Positions 16,889-32,255 of a stretch of DNA of 64,000 nt are shown piece after piece. Made by a program: the position numbers and the translations under genes. The stretch's first letter is position 1; each line of letters starts with the position of its first letter. Origin of the DNA: the human T2T-CHM13v2.0 reference genome, Homo sapiens; assembly GCF_009914755.1 (NCBI RefSeq), contig NC_060939.1; one strand, given 5' to 3'. The notes under the pieces are model-generated. The model was not told the DNA's origin, searched no databases, and saw nothing but the letters and a program-made list of their open reading frames with translations.

Positions 16889-16905
16889 TTTCTTTCTTTT
16901 CTTCT
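16650..16905. repeat. (CCTT)n/(CTTT)n pyrimidine microsatellite
   Basis: About 250 bp of nearly pure C/T with long (ttct)n runs. Confidence 0.97.
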
Positions 16906-17069
16906 CACTTCTTTTAGCCCATCACCAAGTCCTTTCATTCCTATCTTCTTAATAGTCTTCAAATCTGTCCACTGTTCACTGTTCTCAACCCCTCTGCCGT
17001 TGTCTCAGGGCAGACCACTGTTATCTTCACCTGAATTACTGCCGATTCTGAAGGTTACTCTCACAGCGC

Positions 17070-17215
17070 AGACCTAGAGTCACTGGGTTCAAATGCCAAC
17101 TTGCTCCTTATGAGCTTAGTGAATTCTCTGTGCCTAAGTTAAAAGTGCTTTTCTGCCAAGATTATTGTGAAGACAAAATGCAATAAAATAAGTGGGGCAT
17201 TTAGCACAGTTCTGG
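17070..17215 (+). mobile_element. MIR
   Basis: ctgggttcaaatgcc...ctctgtgcctaagtt...attgtgaagacaaaatg...gcatttagcacagt. Confidence 0.7.
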
Positions 17216-17324
17216 TTTTTAAAAATGTTTTTTTTTTTCTTTTTTCTAACTTCCATATAATCATGTGCATTGATTTTTTTGTTTGGAAAATATTTACTTC
17301 TACTTACAAAAATAATAATAATAA

Positions 17325-18181
17325 TAAGTGTAAAACAGCCTTAGGCAGGTCCTCCAGGAGATATTCTGTAAGGCATTGCTATCATAGGAGATGACAGCTT
17401 CATGCGTCATCTGCCCTTGAAGACCATCCAGTGGGACAAGATGTGGAAGTGGAAGATGGTGATGTTGATAATTCTGACCCTGTGTAGGCCTAGGCTAACA
17501 TGTATGTTTGTGTCTTTGTTTGTAATGAAAAAGCTTAAAAAGTTAAAAAAATTAAAAAATGTAAAAGTAGAAAAAAGCCTATAAAGATATAAAGAAAGAA
17601 AATATTTTTGTACAGCCATACAATGTTTGTGTTTTAAGATAAGTGTTATTACACAAGAGTCAAAAAGTTGAAAAAAGTTTAGTTTTTATATAAAATAAGA
17701 AAATTTACATTGAGCTGAGGTTAATTTATTACTGAAGAAAGAAAAAATTTTGCGTAAATTTAATGTAGCCTAACTGTACGGTAGTTTATAAAATCTATAG
17801 TTGTGTACAATAATTTCCTAGGCCTTCTCATTTACTTACCGCTCACTTACTGACTCACCCTCCTAGATCCAATCATAATAAGTGTCCTATACAGGTGTAT
17901 CATTTTTTATCTTTTATACCATATTTTTACTGTACTTCCCTATGTTTAGACACACAAATACTTATCATCGTGTTACAATTGCCTAGGGTATTCAGAACAG
18001 TAACATGTTGTATAGGTTTGTAGCCGAAGAGCAATAGGCTATACCGTATAGCCCTGGAGTGTAGTAGGCTATACCATCTAGGTTTGTGTAAGTACACACC
18101 ACGCTGTTTGCACAGTAAAAAAATTACCTAATAATGCATTTTTCAGAACATATCCCTACTATTAAGTGGTCCATGACCGTA
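17325..18181 (+). mobile_element. Tigger3 (Golem) derivative, Tigger3b-like, 3' portion
   Basis: cagccttaggcaggtcc...ccagtgggacaagatgtgga...ggctataccatctaggtttgtgtaagtacac...attaagtggtccatgaccg-ta terminal repeat. Confidence 0.85.
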
Positions 18182-18239
18182 TACATATTTTGTATATCTA
18201 ATATATGTATAAACGTTAGGAACCTAAGCACAACCCACT

Positions 18240-18855
18240 GAAATGAGTCAATTTGACACTCATTTGCTTCCTATGTGCTAGGGTGGTAGGAATGTGGCTG
18301 TGGAGAAATCATCCCTGCCTTTGTAGAGGCAGACATTAAACAAATAATTATACAATACTACTAATTATTATTATTATTTATATACCACTGATGAAGTGCT
18401 ATGGAGCTCAGGATCTTCCATAAGAAAGTAAAATTTAAGGTGATGCCTGAAGGCCAAGGAGGAGTTAACTCAATAAAAAGGCTCTTTAAAGAGCCTAGTG
18501 CCCAGAGGGAACAGTGTTCCAGGACCCTAAGGCAGAAAGGAGAGGAGGTGCAGGCAGACCAGGCTAGTTGGAATACAGTGAGTAAAGGTGATAAGATTCA
18601 GAGGGGAGAGAGTGAGCAGAGGGACAACCATACAGGGTTTGAAGCCACAATTATGGTTGGAGGCTGCGTCCTAAGAAGAGTGGGAAACTATTGAAAGATA
18701 TTAAGTAGGCAACTGATGTGGTCAGGTTTGAATTGAAAAAAAAAGAAAAAAAAAACAAAAAACTCTCTCTGGCTGTCACGTAAGTGAATGGATCAGAAGG
18801 GACAATCTGAAAGTGGCTTGACCAGGGAGGAGAGTATTGCTATATTCCAGGTAAG
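18240..18855 (-). mobile_element. L2 relic
   Basis: atccctgcctttgtagag, cagagggaacagtg, agtgggaaactattgaaag, ctctctggctg motifs. Confidence 0.65.
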
Positions 18856-19049
18856 GTAAATAGAAAATGCAAAATATTTAGCTCTTTGTAGACATACTCC
18901 ATGTGGCTATGGGCAATGCAGAAGTGGCAAAAGAAAGAGGAAAAGCATGTGGAAATGGCAGGAAATATGAGCAGAGAGTTTATGGCATGATAAAGCTGAA
19001 TAAATTGATATAGATTTTGATACTAATGTTTTTTAATAATACCACTTTT

Positions 19050-19162
19050 GTAACAATGATAATAATAAAACAATAACCATAGTAGCTTAATATTTATTGA
19101 GTACTTACCATGTGCTAGATAACTGTTCTATGCTCTTTATATAAATTAATTCATTTCATCCT
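19050..19162 (-). mobile_element. MIR fragment
   Basis: aatatttattgagtacttaccatgtgctag...ttaattcatttcatcct. Confidence 0.75.
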
Positions 19163-19164
19163 TG

Positions 19165-19400
19165 TTCCAGTCATTTATTGCTTCTTAACAAACCACCTTA
19201 CAATTTAGTGCTTAAAACAACCACAATATATATTTTGCTCCCAAATCTGCAGCTTGGGCAAAGCTTACGGGTTGAGGGGAGTTCATTTCTACTCCACTTG
19301 GTGTCAAAGTGTGAGAAAGTCTGACTTCCAGCTTAAAGTCTGAGAGCTGGAATCTCTGAATCTTGCTCACACACATGTCTGTGATTGATGCCAGCTGTGT
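19165..19400 (-). mobile_element. ERVL-MaLR LTR fragment (old MLT1)
   Basis: tattgct..taacaaaccacc..caatttagtgcttaaaacaac...atctgcagcttgggca. Confidence 0.65.
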
Positions 19401-19404
19401 GCAT

Positions 19405-19592
19405 TCTTCTACTATTACACTCAACACACTATATTGCAATGTTTTTGTTTAAATATCTGGTTCTCTGCTAGACCTTAAGCTCCTCCAAAACATGAAATAA
19501 GTCTTATTTATCTTTGTATCACCACTGTTTGGGGCACCATCCACACAGTGGGTGCTACACAAATGTTTATAGAGTAATGAACAAATGAATAG
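19405..19592 (+). mobile_element. L2 3' end
   Basis: ctagaccttaagctcctc...tatctttgtatc...cacacagtgggtgct..aaatgttt...aatgaacaaatgaat. Confidence 0.7.
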
Positions 19593-19609
19593 TTCTGATC
19601 TTCACTAAT

Positions 19610-19990
19610 AGAATATTTTCCTTCCCCAAATGCTTACGGGAAATTCTCCATCTTCTATTTGAACACTCATAGTGACTGGATTTTTAGAACTTTGCAAAGC
19701 TACTATTTCATTAGGAAGTTTTCCTTGATCTTCAGCCAAAATCTGCTTTTGCATAACTTTTACTCAGTTGTTGTAGTTAGGATTCATAGAACCGCACAGA
19801 ATGAGTCTAAGTTAACATAAGACATAAGATATCATTCCCTCTAAGTTAACATAAGACATAAGACATCCATTCCCTCTAAGCTAAACACCCTAGTTCCCAT
19901 TTCTGGGCCTTATGGATATGGTTTCCATGATTACCTCACTCTAGATGCATTCTCAGATTGTCATTGTGGTTCACAGAGGTCCAGAACAAA
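19610..19990. mobile_element. L3/CR1 relic containing a 34-bp tandem duplication (19806-19874)
   Basis: ttgaacactcatagtga...ttaggaagttttccttgatcttcagccaaaatctgc...taactttt; unit tctaagttaacataagacataaga(t/c)at(c)cattccc twice. Confidence 0.55.
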
Positions 19991-21409
19991 ATGCCTGGAG
20001 AAATATTAATGGTGAGCCTGTGGACAAAGGAACAAAGTGGGAGAGAAAACCATTCTGAAACTGTCATAAGCAAGTGAGCTAAAAAAGGAAGTGCAGGATG
20101 GGAGTGTGGATTGAGGACAGGATGAGTGGGAGACCAAATTCTGTCATGGACCTTCTCTGGATAGGCTGCCTCTCTGTTGAGAAGTGGAAGGAGAATGTCT
20201 AAGAAAGTAATCTGAGGCAGTGACTGAATGGAAGTGGAGAAGGAAAAACAGGAAAAGTGGGGAGGTCATTGAAACCCAGTTGCCCACTTCCATCTGAAAA
20301 TAACCTTTTTTCAAAGCATAGTTTATATTGATCATGTACGTAAGAATCTCATAACCCACGGGTTAACATGCAATGCCGGAGCTCAGCTCCGTAACTATGG
20401 AATGTGCATTCTTCACAAACTCTAAGGTAATTCTTAAGTGTGTTGAAAATCTTGTTTTAAAGAATGAGGTAAGGTGGGAACTACTCATATGCAGGTTTAG
20501 AAGACTGTTTTTGAAATGTTATGTTTTGCAAAGCAAAAGACTCTCATGTTCTTCAGAAATGTCTTGGAAATATAAAAAGCCCCAGCTTAATTGTTCCGTT
20601 TGCGTAAGTTCCAGCACATAGGTCCTTATCCCAACCCATAAGGGCCTGAAAAACAACTTAAAAAGAGCTGCCTTTGTCAAAAGATCCTATCACAATAACT
20701 CTCAGAGTAAGGCCTCCCATCCGTAACTCCCTCCAGCCCTCCCCCAGAAAAATAAGTAGTTGAAGAATTCAAACTCATGATACATTTTTTCCATTCCAAG
20801 TCCACAGCTTTATAGAAATATTAAATCCTTTCTCCTTTTCTACAGATGGATTTGAAGACAGATTTTACAATAAATTTTTAGTTAAATAATGAGTAAAAAA
20901 TGTGAGATATAGTTGTAGCAAAGACTCTTTTTGCTTAGAATTACAAAGAAGCTAAAATGAAATTTAGGCAAAAAATATGGTTTGTGCTCTTTTAGGAAAA
21001 TGTTTTAAGTACCTTTACGGAGTGTCCCAGGTAGATATCAGTGCATTTTTTTTTTAATGAAGTTGCAACAAATGAAAATCTAACATTATTACACAAAAAT
21101 ATAAGGACAAATTTTTCATATGTGAAAAGATTTTGCCTTAATAAAATAATTCAGCAGTAGCATTTCTTTAAATTTCTTCTCTGACCCTTAGCCTATCTCC
21201 CCAAAGCATTTATTTACAGAGCAGAAGGAAGATCAATGAGAAATAGATTCTTTTAATGAGATAATGTCCAGGGAAGAGCAGGCAGAAATGGGGAGAAGGC
21301 ATTGGTGATAATTTTACCACAAGTTATTGGGGGGGAAAAATGGATTTAAAGTGGATTCACCTACAGCCTTTCAGAAGCACTGCTTTAAACAGAAACACAG
21401 ACTACTGCA

Positions 21410-21590
21410 CTCACTCACTGACTCTTCAAATGTTTATTAATATCACCTATTGTATGTCAACTGGAGATACAGAAGTTGCCAAGACAGACACAGTTCCTCC
21501 CTTCAAGATAGAGTTCATAATACCAGGGATCAAGGCATTTAGTTATAGTTGTGATAAATATAAAGGAAAAGTGCAAAATGCTTTGAGAAT
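21410..21590 (-). mobile_element. L2 fragment
   Basis: cactcactcactgactcttcaaatgtttatt..cacctattgtatg...agacagacacagttcctcccttcaag. Confidence 0.7.
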
Positions 21591-21739
21591 TAATTTATCA
21601 TCATTACAATATTGAGCTAGAGGTTAATCTTAAATGAGGGGACAAATTTAAACAATTTTTCACAGGCTTCAATGTGGGCTTTCTTCTTTAAGTTTTTGAA
21701 AATGGTTTGGGAGAGTGATTTTTCAAAACATGTATTGTT

Positions 21740-21869
21740 GGCTAAAGGTAAAACAGGGAGTGAGTCCTGTAGATTGTTTGCAGTCAGCTACAACTCAAAC
21801 TCCTTGTTCTGCTCTTTCCCCACCTCTCATTGCTGTACTTGACTAGTAAAAAACAACCACCACCACCAT
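21740..21869 (+). pseudogene. Y1 RNA (RNY1) processed pseudogene
   Basis: gattgtttgcagtcagctacaactcaaactccttgttctgctctttccccacctctcattgctgtacttgactagt matches the hY1 3' two-thirds. Followed by an A/(ACC)n tail; TSD catgtattgt / catctattgt. Confidence 0.9.
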
Positions 21870-23780
21870 CATCTATTGTGTGTCAAAGCCTGGATGCAAA
21901 ACTCAGATGAAGAGATGACTTACTGCTTTCCAGTGACTTTGCTTTGCTGGTGTAATTTCCTACAAGATCCTTCTCTGAGGGCAAGGACATTCACATTTAT
22001 TGAGTGCTGATTCTTTTGGAGGACTTGGATCAATTTTGCTCAGCAATCCTAAGATGGGTGTATTTGCAAATGAGAAAATGAAGGCTCAGAAAGACAAAAT
22101 AATTCATTTCAAGTCAGCTGCGCCTGTTCCTGTCACTACACTAAGCTAGAAAATGGAGGAGGGGAGAGGGTGACAGATAAAACACAAGTTTGACTGACAA
22201 TTAGTTTATTGTTAGCAAAGCTAATGGGTTGAGCCAAACCTAATTAGAGCCAACAAAATGCCGCCTTTTTATCAAAAGTAAACGCAGGCTCTGTAGATGA
22301 AAGAATAACTGGAGTTTCTTGAGCGAGAAATAGTAGTTGAGATTTTGTGTGAAAAATAGCTTCTAATAAAATTAGATTGTACCAAAATGCATGAGGAGAC
22401 TGAGCATTGCACTCAAGCACTTTTTAAGATGTTTATTTTACCTTCAGCAAAGTTTGCAATAGATAACGAGGTAAGATTGTAGAGAATTTATTTTGTGAAA
22501 TAGAAGAAATTGTGCAATGCCAGTTTACACAACCAAGTTAAAGTTTTTAATTCTAAGCAAGGAATGAGGGGAAAAGCTAAAGTAATTAGACCAGAGAAAT
22601 TATAGAAAACTAGAGATAAGCTGAATATATAGTGTTAGTTAACAAACAGTAATGTGAAAGATCAAGATTTGCTTCCTCCTGGATAATCAATCAAGAACAG
22701 AAAGAAACAACTACCAAGATTGGTAAATTCTAGTCTTAGCTCTGCTACATCTACTCAATGAAGACCAGATACATGTCAGTTAATCAAAAAAGTTTGAAGA
22801 TAGTATAAACATTCAAAACAATTGGTGAGAGTCAATTCATTTTAAATTCAAACCCACCAGGGCCTCATCATTCAAGGTGACCCACAGGAAGGTAGGCTGT
22901 GGTGGAAACAGACTGAGATTCACCTTGAAATTTTATTCTCCACCAAACTGTCACCGTTTTTATTTAACTTATTGTGCCTTTATCAATACAAGTGAGGAAA
23001 TGCTAAGTATATATTTGTATATATAGAAGTATATATTATATATTATTAATATGTTGTGGAAAAATATATATATTTGCACAACATTATAAGAAAGGTTCAC
23101 TTCTATATACAAAAGAATACAGTTTTAGAGAGTCTTCAACAATACCATTCTGTTGAACTAGCTACAAGAAATTCTTTTCAATGATAATTTTGCTAGCAAA
23201 TTATCTTACAAAAGACCGATTTTTCTATATAAACATGCCTGATGGTGATGAGCTCATCACCATTCTTTTATTCTACTACCAAGTAGCAATGACCTGTTAC
23301 TCTTCCTCCTTTCTCCACTAAACATCTCAGTCACTTCCTAACCAAAAGCAGATCTAAACTCTTAAGCCATTCACCAAACAAAATAATATTGTAGAAGGCT
23401 TAGACAATTAAAAAAGAAAATAATTTGAGATTAAATTTCATATAGGACATAACCTACTTTCTTCTGTATAATTTAACATCTTTAATTTATTTACTAGATA
23501 TCATATCACGTCTGCTCAGCCTCTAGTTCCTATCAACTTGTGTAAGAATTCTAGTAATTCACCCAGAACAATAGAATCCTAGTTCAGTAAAACAATGTGT
23601 ATATTATTTTAAATATACATGACATATTTCTGAAAACATTTAAATGAATTTGAGTTCGTGTGCCTCATGTAGTCTTTTATTTCCTTTTGAAATGGACTCT
23701 CCTGATTGCCTTTTCAATTCTCCTTCAACAGAAAGTAAGAAATGAATAGCAGAAGGAGGTAATTGATGATGGACTTTTAA

Positions 23781-24112
<332 letters not shown>

Positions 24113-24664
24113 CAGTCTACATAACTTTTAAACAGATGCCCATGAATAAGAATGGCTCTTCAATGTGACAGCACTCAATCAGAACTCTTTCTGTTCAGTA
24201 TGGAATGATAAATTAATTGATTTAAAATGATCAGATTACTAATAAGTATAATAATGATTAAATTATTGACTTAAACCAGAATTTTAGGTGGTTTGCAAAA
24301 ATACATAAAATACCTATGACAGAGTTGTAACAAAGAAATATAGTGAAAAAAATAATAAAGCCTGCCATGAGATTAGTACGAGTGCCTTAAAGTCCTACAT
24401 ACTTGCCAGAGCTGGGTCACAAACGTGAGTCTGATCTTTCTTACAATTGAGGGGCCAGAGTCAGTTACCTGATTCACAGGATCTGTGAGACAGAAACTGG
24501 TGAAACACAGCCACTCAGATCTGCCTGGGAGGCTGACACTTCGCTTGAATCAGATGTGATAGGTTGACTGAGTGACCCTCAGTCAACATTGGGACATGTC
24601 AGTGATCCAAGGCCAAATGTTCTATGCCATGGCAGCACAGCTGAGATAACACTGGTGGGGAGCA

Positions 24665-25086
<422 letters not shown>

Positions 25087-26163
25087 TAGATTTGTTAGTG
25101 AAGATTTTAAATTGTTTGTCAAAGGTATCCCTGGGTAGGTATCTGAATGAAATCCTTGCTGAATGCAGTCATTAGGTTTCAGCCAGTGGTATTTTGAGAG
25201 ATAGCTACCAAAATGGACAACTTTGGCCTTGGAATAATTGGCAGTGCTATGCAAGCATAGCCCTGCCTAGCATCTCATGACAGAACCAGTTCATAGGCAA
25301 CCAAAGAAAATGTAATCTCCTGTCTTCCATAGCTGGATACTCATGCTGAAGGAACAACAGCCCACCACTTTGAGGTGGGTGCAGGAAGCTGTGTGTGGTT
25401 GCTGGGTATGTTAGTGTTAAGCCTGCATTCAGAAGAGATAACGTGTACAAGTTACAGGCCTGAGGAGTGGAGAGACAAGAAGCCGAGGAGGGGAGTTACA
25501 ATCACAGGCATTGTGTTGAGCTCAATGCTATGTGTGACTTCTTATGGTGCTTGGTATAACAGATTTTGTGGGGGTGCTATGAAAAAGCTTTTCATCCTTC
25601 GAAATAATTAAATAAAAAGGAGGATGGTCTGGCACGCTGCATAACTCTGGGGAATTTGTCTGCTCTGGAAAAAAGCAGACAATGTCCTGAAAATAGGACA
25701 TTGACTACAATATGACTTATGAAATGTTAAAGATTTTCTTAAATTTCACTTTAAGGAATTTGCAAATCCTCAGTTTATAATTTTAAACAATGACATCCAA
25801 GTAGGATGGACAAATGCCTTCAAATTTTTAATTTAAAGAGGTGGCATAGAAGATGAAGTCAGGAAGACCCTAATAATGTAGGACAAAGAACTAAAGGAAA
25901 AGGAAAGAATGCTTCTTTTTATCATGTCTAAGGCCTAACCAAGAATATAGGTTAAAAAGACGCAAGAGTCAGAACTGAATATTTTGTTTGCTTGTTTTGA
26001 ATATGCTTTGGGTGGAAGAATTCTAGAACTTAACTTGCTATTTTTTCTTATTTTAGTTAATGGTTCCGATACTTATTTAAGAATGTATGTATTGCTGAAC
26101 CTGAGTTACTTTCCCTCCTCTGTGGTCAGGAAGGAAAGGATTGCTTTAAAAAAATTCAAACAG

Positions 26164-26470
26164 GGCTGAGTATGGGGGGGTCACACCTGTAATCCCAACA
26201 CTTTGGGAGGTCGAGGCAGGAGGGTCACTTGAGCCCAGGAGTTCGAGACCAGCCTGGGCAACAAACTGAAACACCCCCCCACCACATCTCTACATTAAAA
26301 AAAAAAGAAAATAGCCAGGCTTGGTGGTGTACACCTGTGGCCCCAGCTGCAGGGGAGACTGAGGCAGGAGGATCACTTGAGCCTGGGGGGTCAAGGTTGC
26401 AGTGAGCCATGTTTGCACCACTGCACTCCAGCCTGGGCAATGGAGCGAGACACTGTCTAAAAAAAAAACA
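26164..26470 (+). mobile_element. AluJ
   Basis: cacttgagcccaggagttcgagaccagcctgggcaac; ggaggatcacttgagcctggg. Confidence 0.93.
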
Positions 26471-26733
26471 AATCAAACAGATGATGTCCATGGTTATGTT
26501 TTTCCAGTAGTAAAAATACCATCCCTAGCTACGGCGTATCTTAAACTGTGTCATGTGATGCTCTGGGTTGATTGGTTTCTTAGCTGGGCTAAAACTAAAT
26601 ATGGCTTTGTTGTAAAACAGATTCTTTCACAGTCCAGCAGGCATTTGCTGTAAGACTTTTATTTAATAATCTGCACACAACCTTAAGTTCAAAGTAACGT
26701 GGATAAATAAAAGTCAAAAAAATTTTCAACATT

Positions 26734-27036
<303 letters not shown>

Positions 27037-27074
27037 TCAACATTAAAAGAAATGCTTAAGTTAAAAAATTATAA

Positions 27075-27389
<315 letters not shown>

Positions 27390-28072
27390 TCATTAGTTTT
27401 TTAAAATGTCTTTTATCAGATTAACTACATACTTTGATTTTAATTTGTTATTTTCCATAATTTTACTGATATGTGGCAATAATTAGGCCATAATCAGTTC
27501 ACTTACTCAAAAATATTTGTGGAGGGTCTATTATATATAAGCCACCATGCTGGCCTTGAAAAGCAGGGTTGGGTGCTGGGGTAATGGTTAGCTTATTTTC
27601 CTTAAATCTTAGGGAGTTAGATAGTAACACAACTGCTACCAAAAAAATCTTTTATGCAAAGGTTGCCATTTACAGAGCAGCCCATTCCTCTGCCTATAGC
27701 AGTAATTAAAATAAGTTATTTCTCATTATAGCCCAATATCTACTTCCCACTGGGCTCCTAATTTTAACTTTTAAAGCAACACCTTGCAAAGCCAATTTCT
27801 CTTTCTCTGAATCCATTTTAAATACTTGAAAACAGCTATTTTCTCCCCGCTAAGTCTTCTCTCATCTACACTAAAAATCCCAAGTGATGCAAAATTTTTT
27901 GGAACCCAATATAAAATTTTATATCAATTACTGCTAAATTTTACTTTATTGCTTTCATCAGCTAGCCCACTTTATGGGAATATTTAAATATTTATTCTAG
28001 ATTCAGTGTATTAGACACCTAAGTTTATCTTCCTGCCTTTGAAATATACTGAGAAAACATTTAAGAATTTTA

Positions 28073-28460
<388 letters not shown>

Positions 28461-28789
28461 ACATTTCTCATGTGAACCCATCTGAAGTATTTAACTTTTA
28501 TTTTTAAATGACACATAAAAGTCATATATATGCACAAGTGTTTTGTTTTTTAAGTATCTGAAACACGTTTTTTTATTCTAATAAGATAAGTAGTGACAGA
28601 TGTTTTACTGTCTAAAAATATTTCCAGAATAATCAGATTAAGCTCATGAATTAGAGATTATTTCTTGTAACTTCATAAACATTAGTTTGGTTTGTCAAAT
28701 AATAAGTTCAATTTTTCAGTGATACAAATTTGAAATATGCTATGACTTTAAATAAACCTCCAAATATATATAATATGTTATATATATTA

Positions 28790-28840
<51 letters not shown>
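28790..28840. repeat. (TA)n(CA)n microsatellite
   Basis: Seen directly. Confidence 0.9.
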
Positions 28841-28844
28841 TCCA

Positions 28845-29568
<724 letters not shown>

Positions 29569-30619
29569 TAAGTGGATTAGGTTACATAATCTCTAAGGTC
29601 ACTTCTAGTTAAAAAAAAAAAAAGAAATATTTTCTTATCAATTGAGCTACACTTTCAGTGGAGAGTTGGTGTACTCTATTTTAAAAAATGCTTTTAAATG
29701 ATGATTCTGGAATTTTCATATGAAAACAATTCTGTTACAACATGAATAACTCAGTTATCTATGAATACTTGGTTAAACCTTATCAAAATATCAGAAGAAT
29801 CTGCTAAAACTCTCAATGTAATACATGACCTGCTGTTCTTCAGAAAGACAACAGATAGAGACATTTTGATTTTTGTCGTTATTTGATTTTGATTTTGTAC
29901 TGTAAGACACACTTCAAATGTGCTAGAAAAAATATTGCTGAAGTTATAGAACATTTTGTAGCTCTCAGCTTGATAAATAGCAGGAAGTAGAGAGAAGTTA
30001 GCATTCACCTTCTCTTTCCAAGACTCTGTCACCAAGCACTCCTCCTCCCTATACTCTTCGAGCCTGCCTCTCAAGAGAAGCCATCCAGAGCTTCCTTAGG
30101 TACAATGCTACTTTCTTCCAGTTCTACCTTCCACACAGGCCCCCTTTGTGTTCCCTGAATGAATGCTTCCTTCTTGGGATCATACCCAGACGCAAAGCTG
30201 TCATCAGAGAGTGGACCAGGATCTTCCCCAGCTCTGTCTCTCAAATGACCAGTATGCTGGTATTTAATGAATGTGACAATGATTTGGGACCACTAGTGTT
30301 ATATCTGTGCCTTAGCTATTCATCTTTGCTACTTTCGAGGGGAGTTGGTGCTGTTGCTCCTGAAAACTGAAATGTGGAAGGATCCAGAGACTACTTAGCT
30401 AGATCTGCCCAAGTACTGAACCCCTCAGGCCCTCCCAAACTGCTGCTCAGCTTTGGCCTGGCTCCAGAGGGGCAGGCTGGACCTGGTTCTCCTCTGAATC
30501 CGGGCATCTCTGGGAAAAGAAATCCAGATTAGGATCCAGTTTGTTTCAAAGGAATCTTGAGGAGAGATGAGAACCAGGTCTTCTCTAGAGTCAGGTTTCG
30601 GTTTACTTCTGAAAAGCCT

Positions 30620-30740
30620 GGTGCTGGACTACAAGGCTAAGACGTGGTGTCTGATTCGGGTTCTGCCACTGATGTGCCCTTGGATAAGTCATCGCTTCTC
30701 TGGGATTTAGTTTTTTCATTTGCAAAATGACAGTTCAGTT
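30620..30740 (+). mobile_element. MIR fragment
   Basis: ttctgccactgatgtgcccttggataagtca..cttctctggg..tagttttttcatttgcaaaatg. Confidence 0.65.
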
Positions 30741-31558
30741 TTCATGACTCCTTCCATTGTACCATCTGATCATTCAAGCAGATCAAAATCTACCTGCCGA
30801 GCCAGAACTGAATAAACCACCCCACACCAGACCCTACCTCCTTTCCCAGTGCTGGAGGACAAGGTAACATTTGTCCTTCACGTTAAACTGGTTACGTCCA
30901 CATAAATGTTTTTATTTGTGTCTGTATTATTTGCATTTGTATTATTTTGCTATTCTCCTTGCAGATAAGATACTGTTGAATTCACTCCAGCTCACTTGGT
31001 ACCAGATATTCCTTTAAGAGGGAGAGAGTAGCAGCTGTATTTGGTATTTTCACAAAGAAAATATTTTCCAGTAGAAGAGGCCAAGATGTGAGAAGATAAG
31101 TCAGGTTGTCCTACATAGCTATAATCTCCAATTGACTTTTTTTTTTGACATAATTGAAAAAACAGACAAAAACTCTGAACAAGAACAACAAAAGGTAACT
31201 TTATTTGCTCCCTTATGCCCCTGCTATTTTTTTCTCTTCTTTTAGCTCTTACAGCACCCTAAGTTTTCATATTTCCCTGGATTCCTTTTGTCACAGGAAA
31301 AAAGCACGTCTCACAGACTAAGTTCTCTGAGCTGAGCTGAATGTGTTGTCTCTCCAGAATAATTCATCATTAAAAACCACAGAATGGCATCTCTTGACAG
31401 GCAAAGAAACATTAGAATACAAATTGTTAGAGAAAAATCATTCTCCCCTTTCTCTTACACTGCTGTTAGCATTTTAATTGCTGCTAAACTTTTTTTCTTT
31501 GCTTAGGCTTTTTCTATGTGTATAATATATGGATTCCACAACTTGGTTTTCCACAGAC

Positions 31559-31847
<289 letters not shown>

Positions 31848-32109
31848 TAATGCCTATGCACTAAACCCTCCAGGGACAAGTAGCACGTTTTCTTAACCAC
31901 CATTTCTCTTTCTTAACCCTGGGAGTTGGGTATCTCAGGGTAACTTGACGGTTAGATGAAGGAATAGAATGATACGGAGCAATCAGTTCTCACTGTTGAA
32001 ACCTTATGTTCACTGGGAGGCAGATGGGGTAGAGATTTTGAACATGGGGAGAAGTTCATAGGCCCCATCCTCTAGATATTAAAGAGTAGCCAATCATGGT
32101 CAGTTTCTC

Positions 32110-32255
32110 TTTTCTTTTTAAAAATTAAAAATAGCTTTATTGAGATATAATTCACATATAATACAATTCACCTATTTAAAGGGCACAATTCAGTGATGTC
32201 TAGTATAGTCACTGAGTTCGTGCAGCCATCACCATAGTCAATTTTACAGCATTCA
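32110..32255 (-). mobile_element. L1MB 3' end
   Basis: agctttattgagatataattcacatataatacaattcacc...gcagccatcacca. Confidence 0.8.

Noticed and set aside
16516-16962. KKER-repeat and FFLS-repeat ORFs
   Set aside because: Translations of the (CTTT)n microsatellite.
29751-30074. 107-aa minus-strand ORF
   Set aside because: No recognisable family, non-ATG start and no supporting exon structure.
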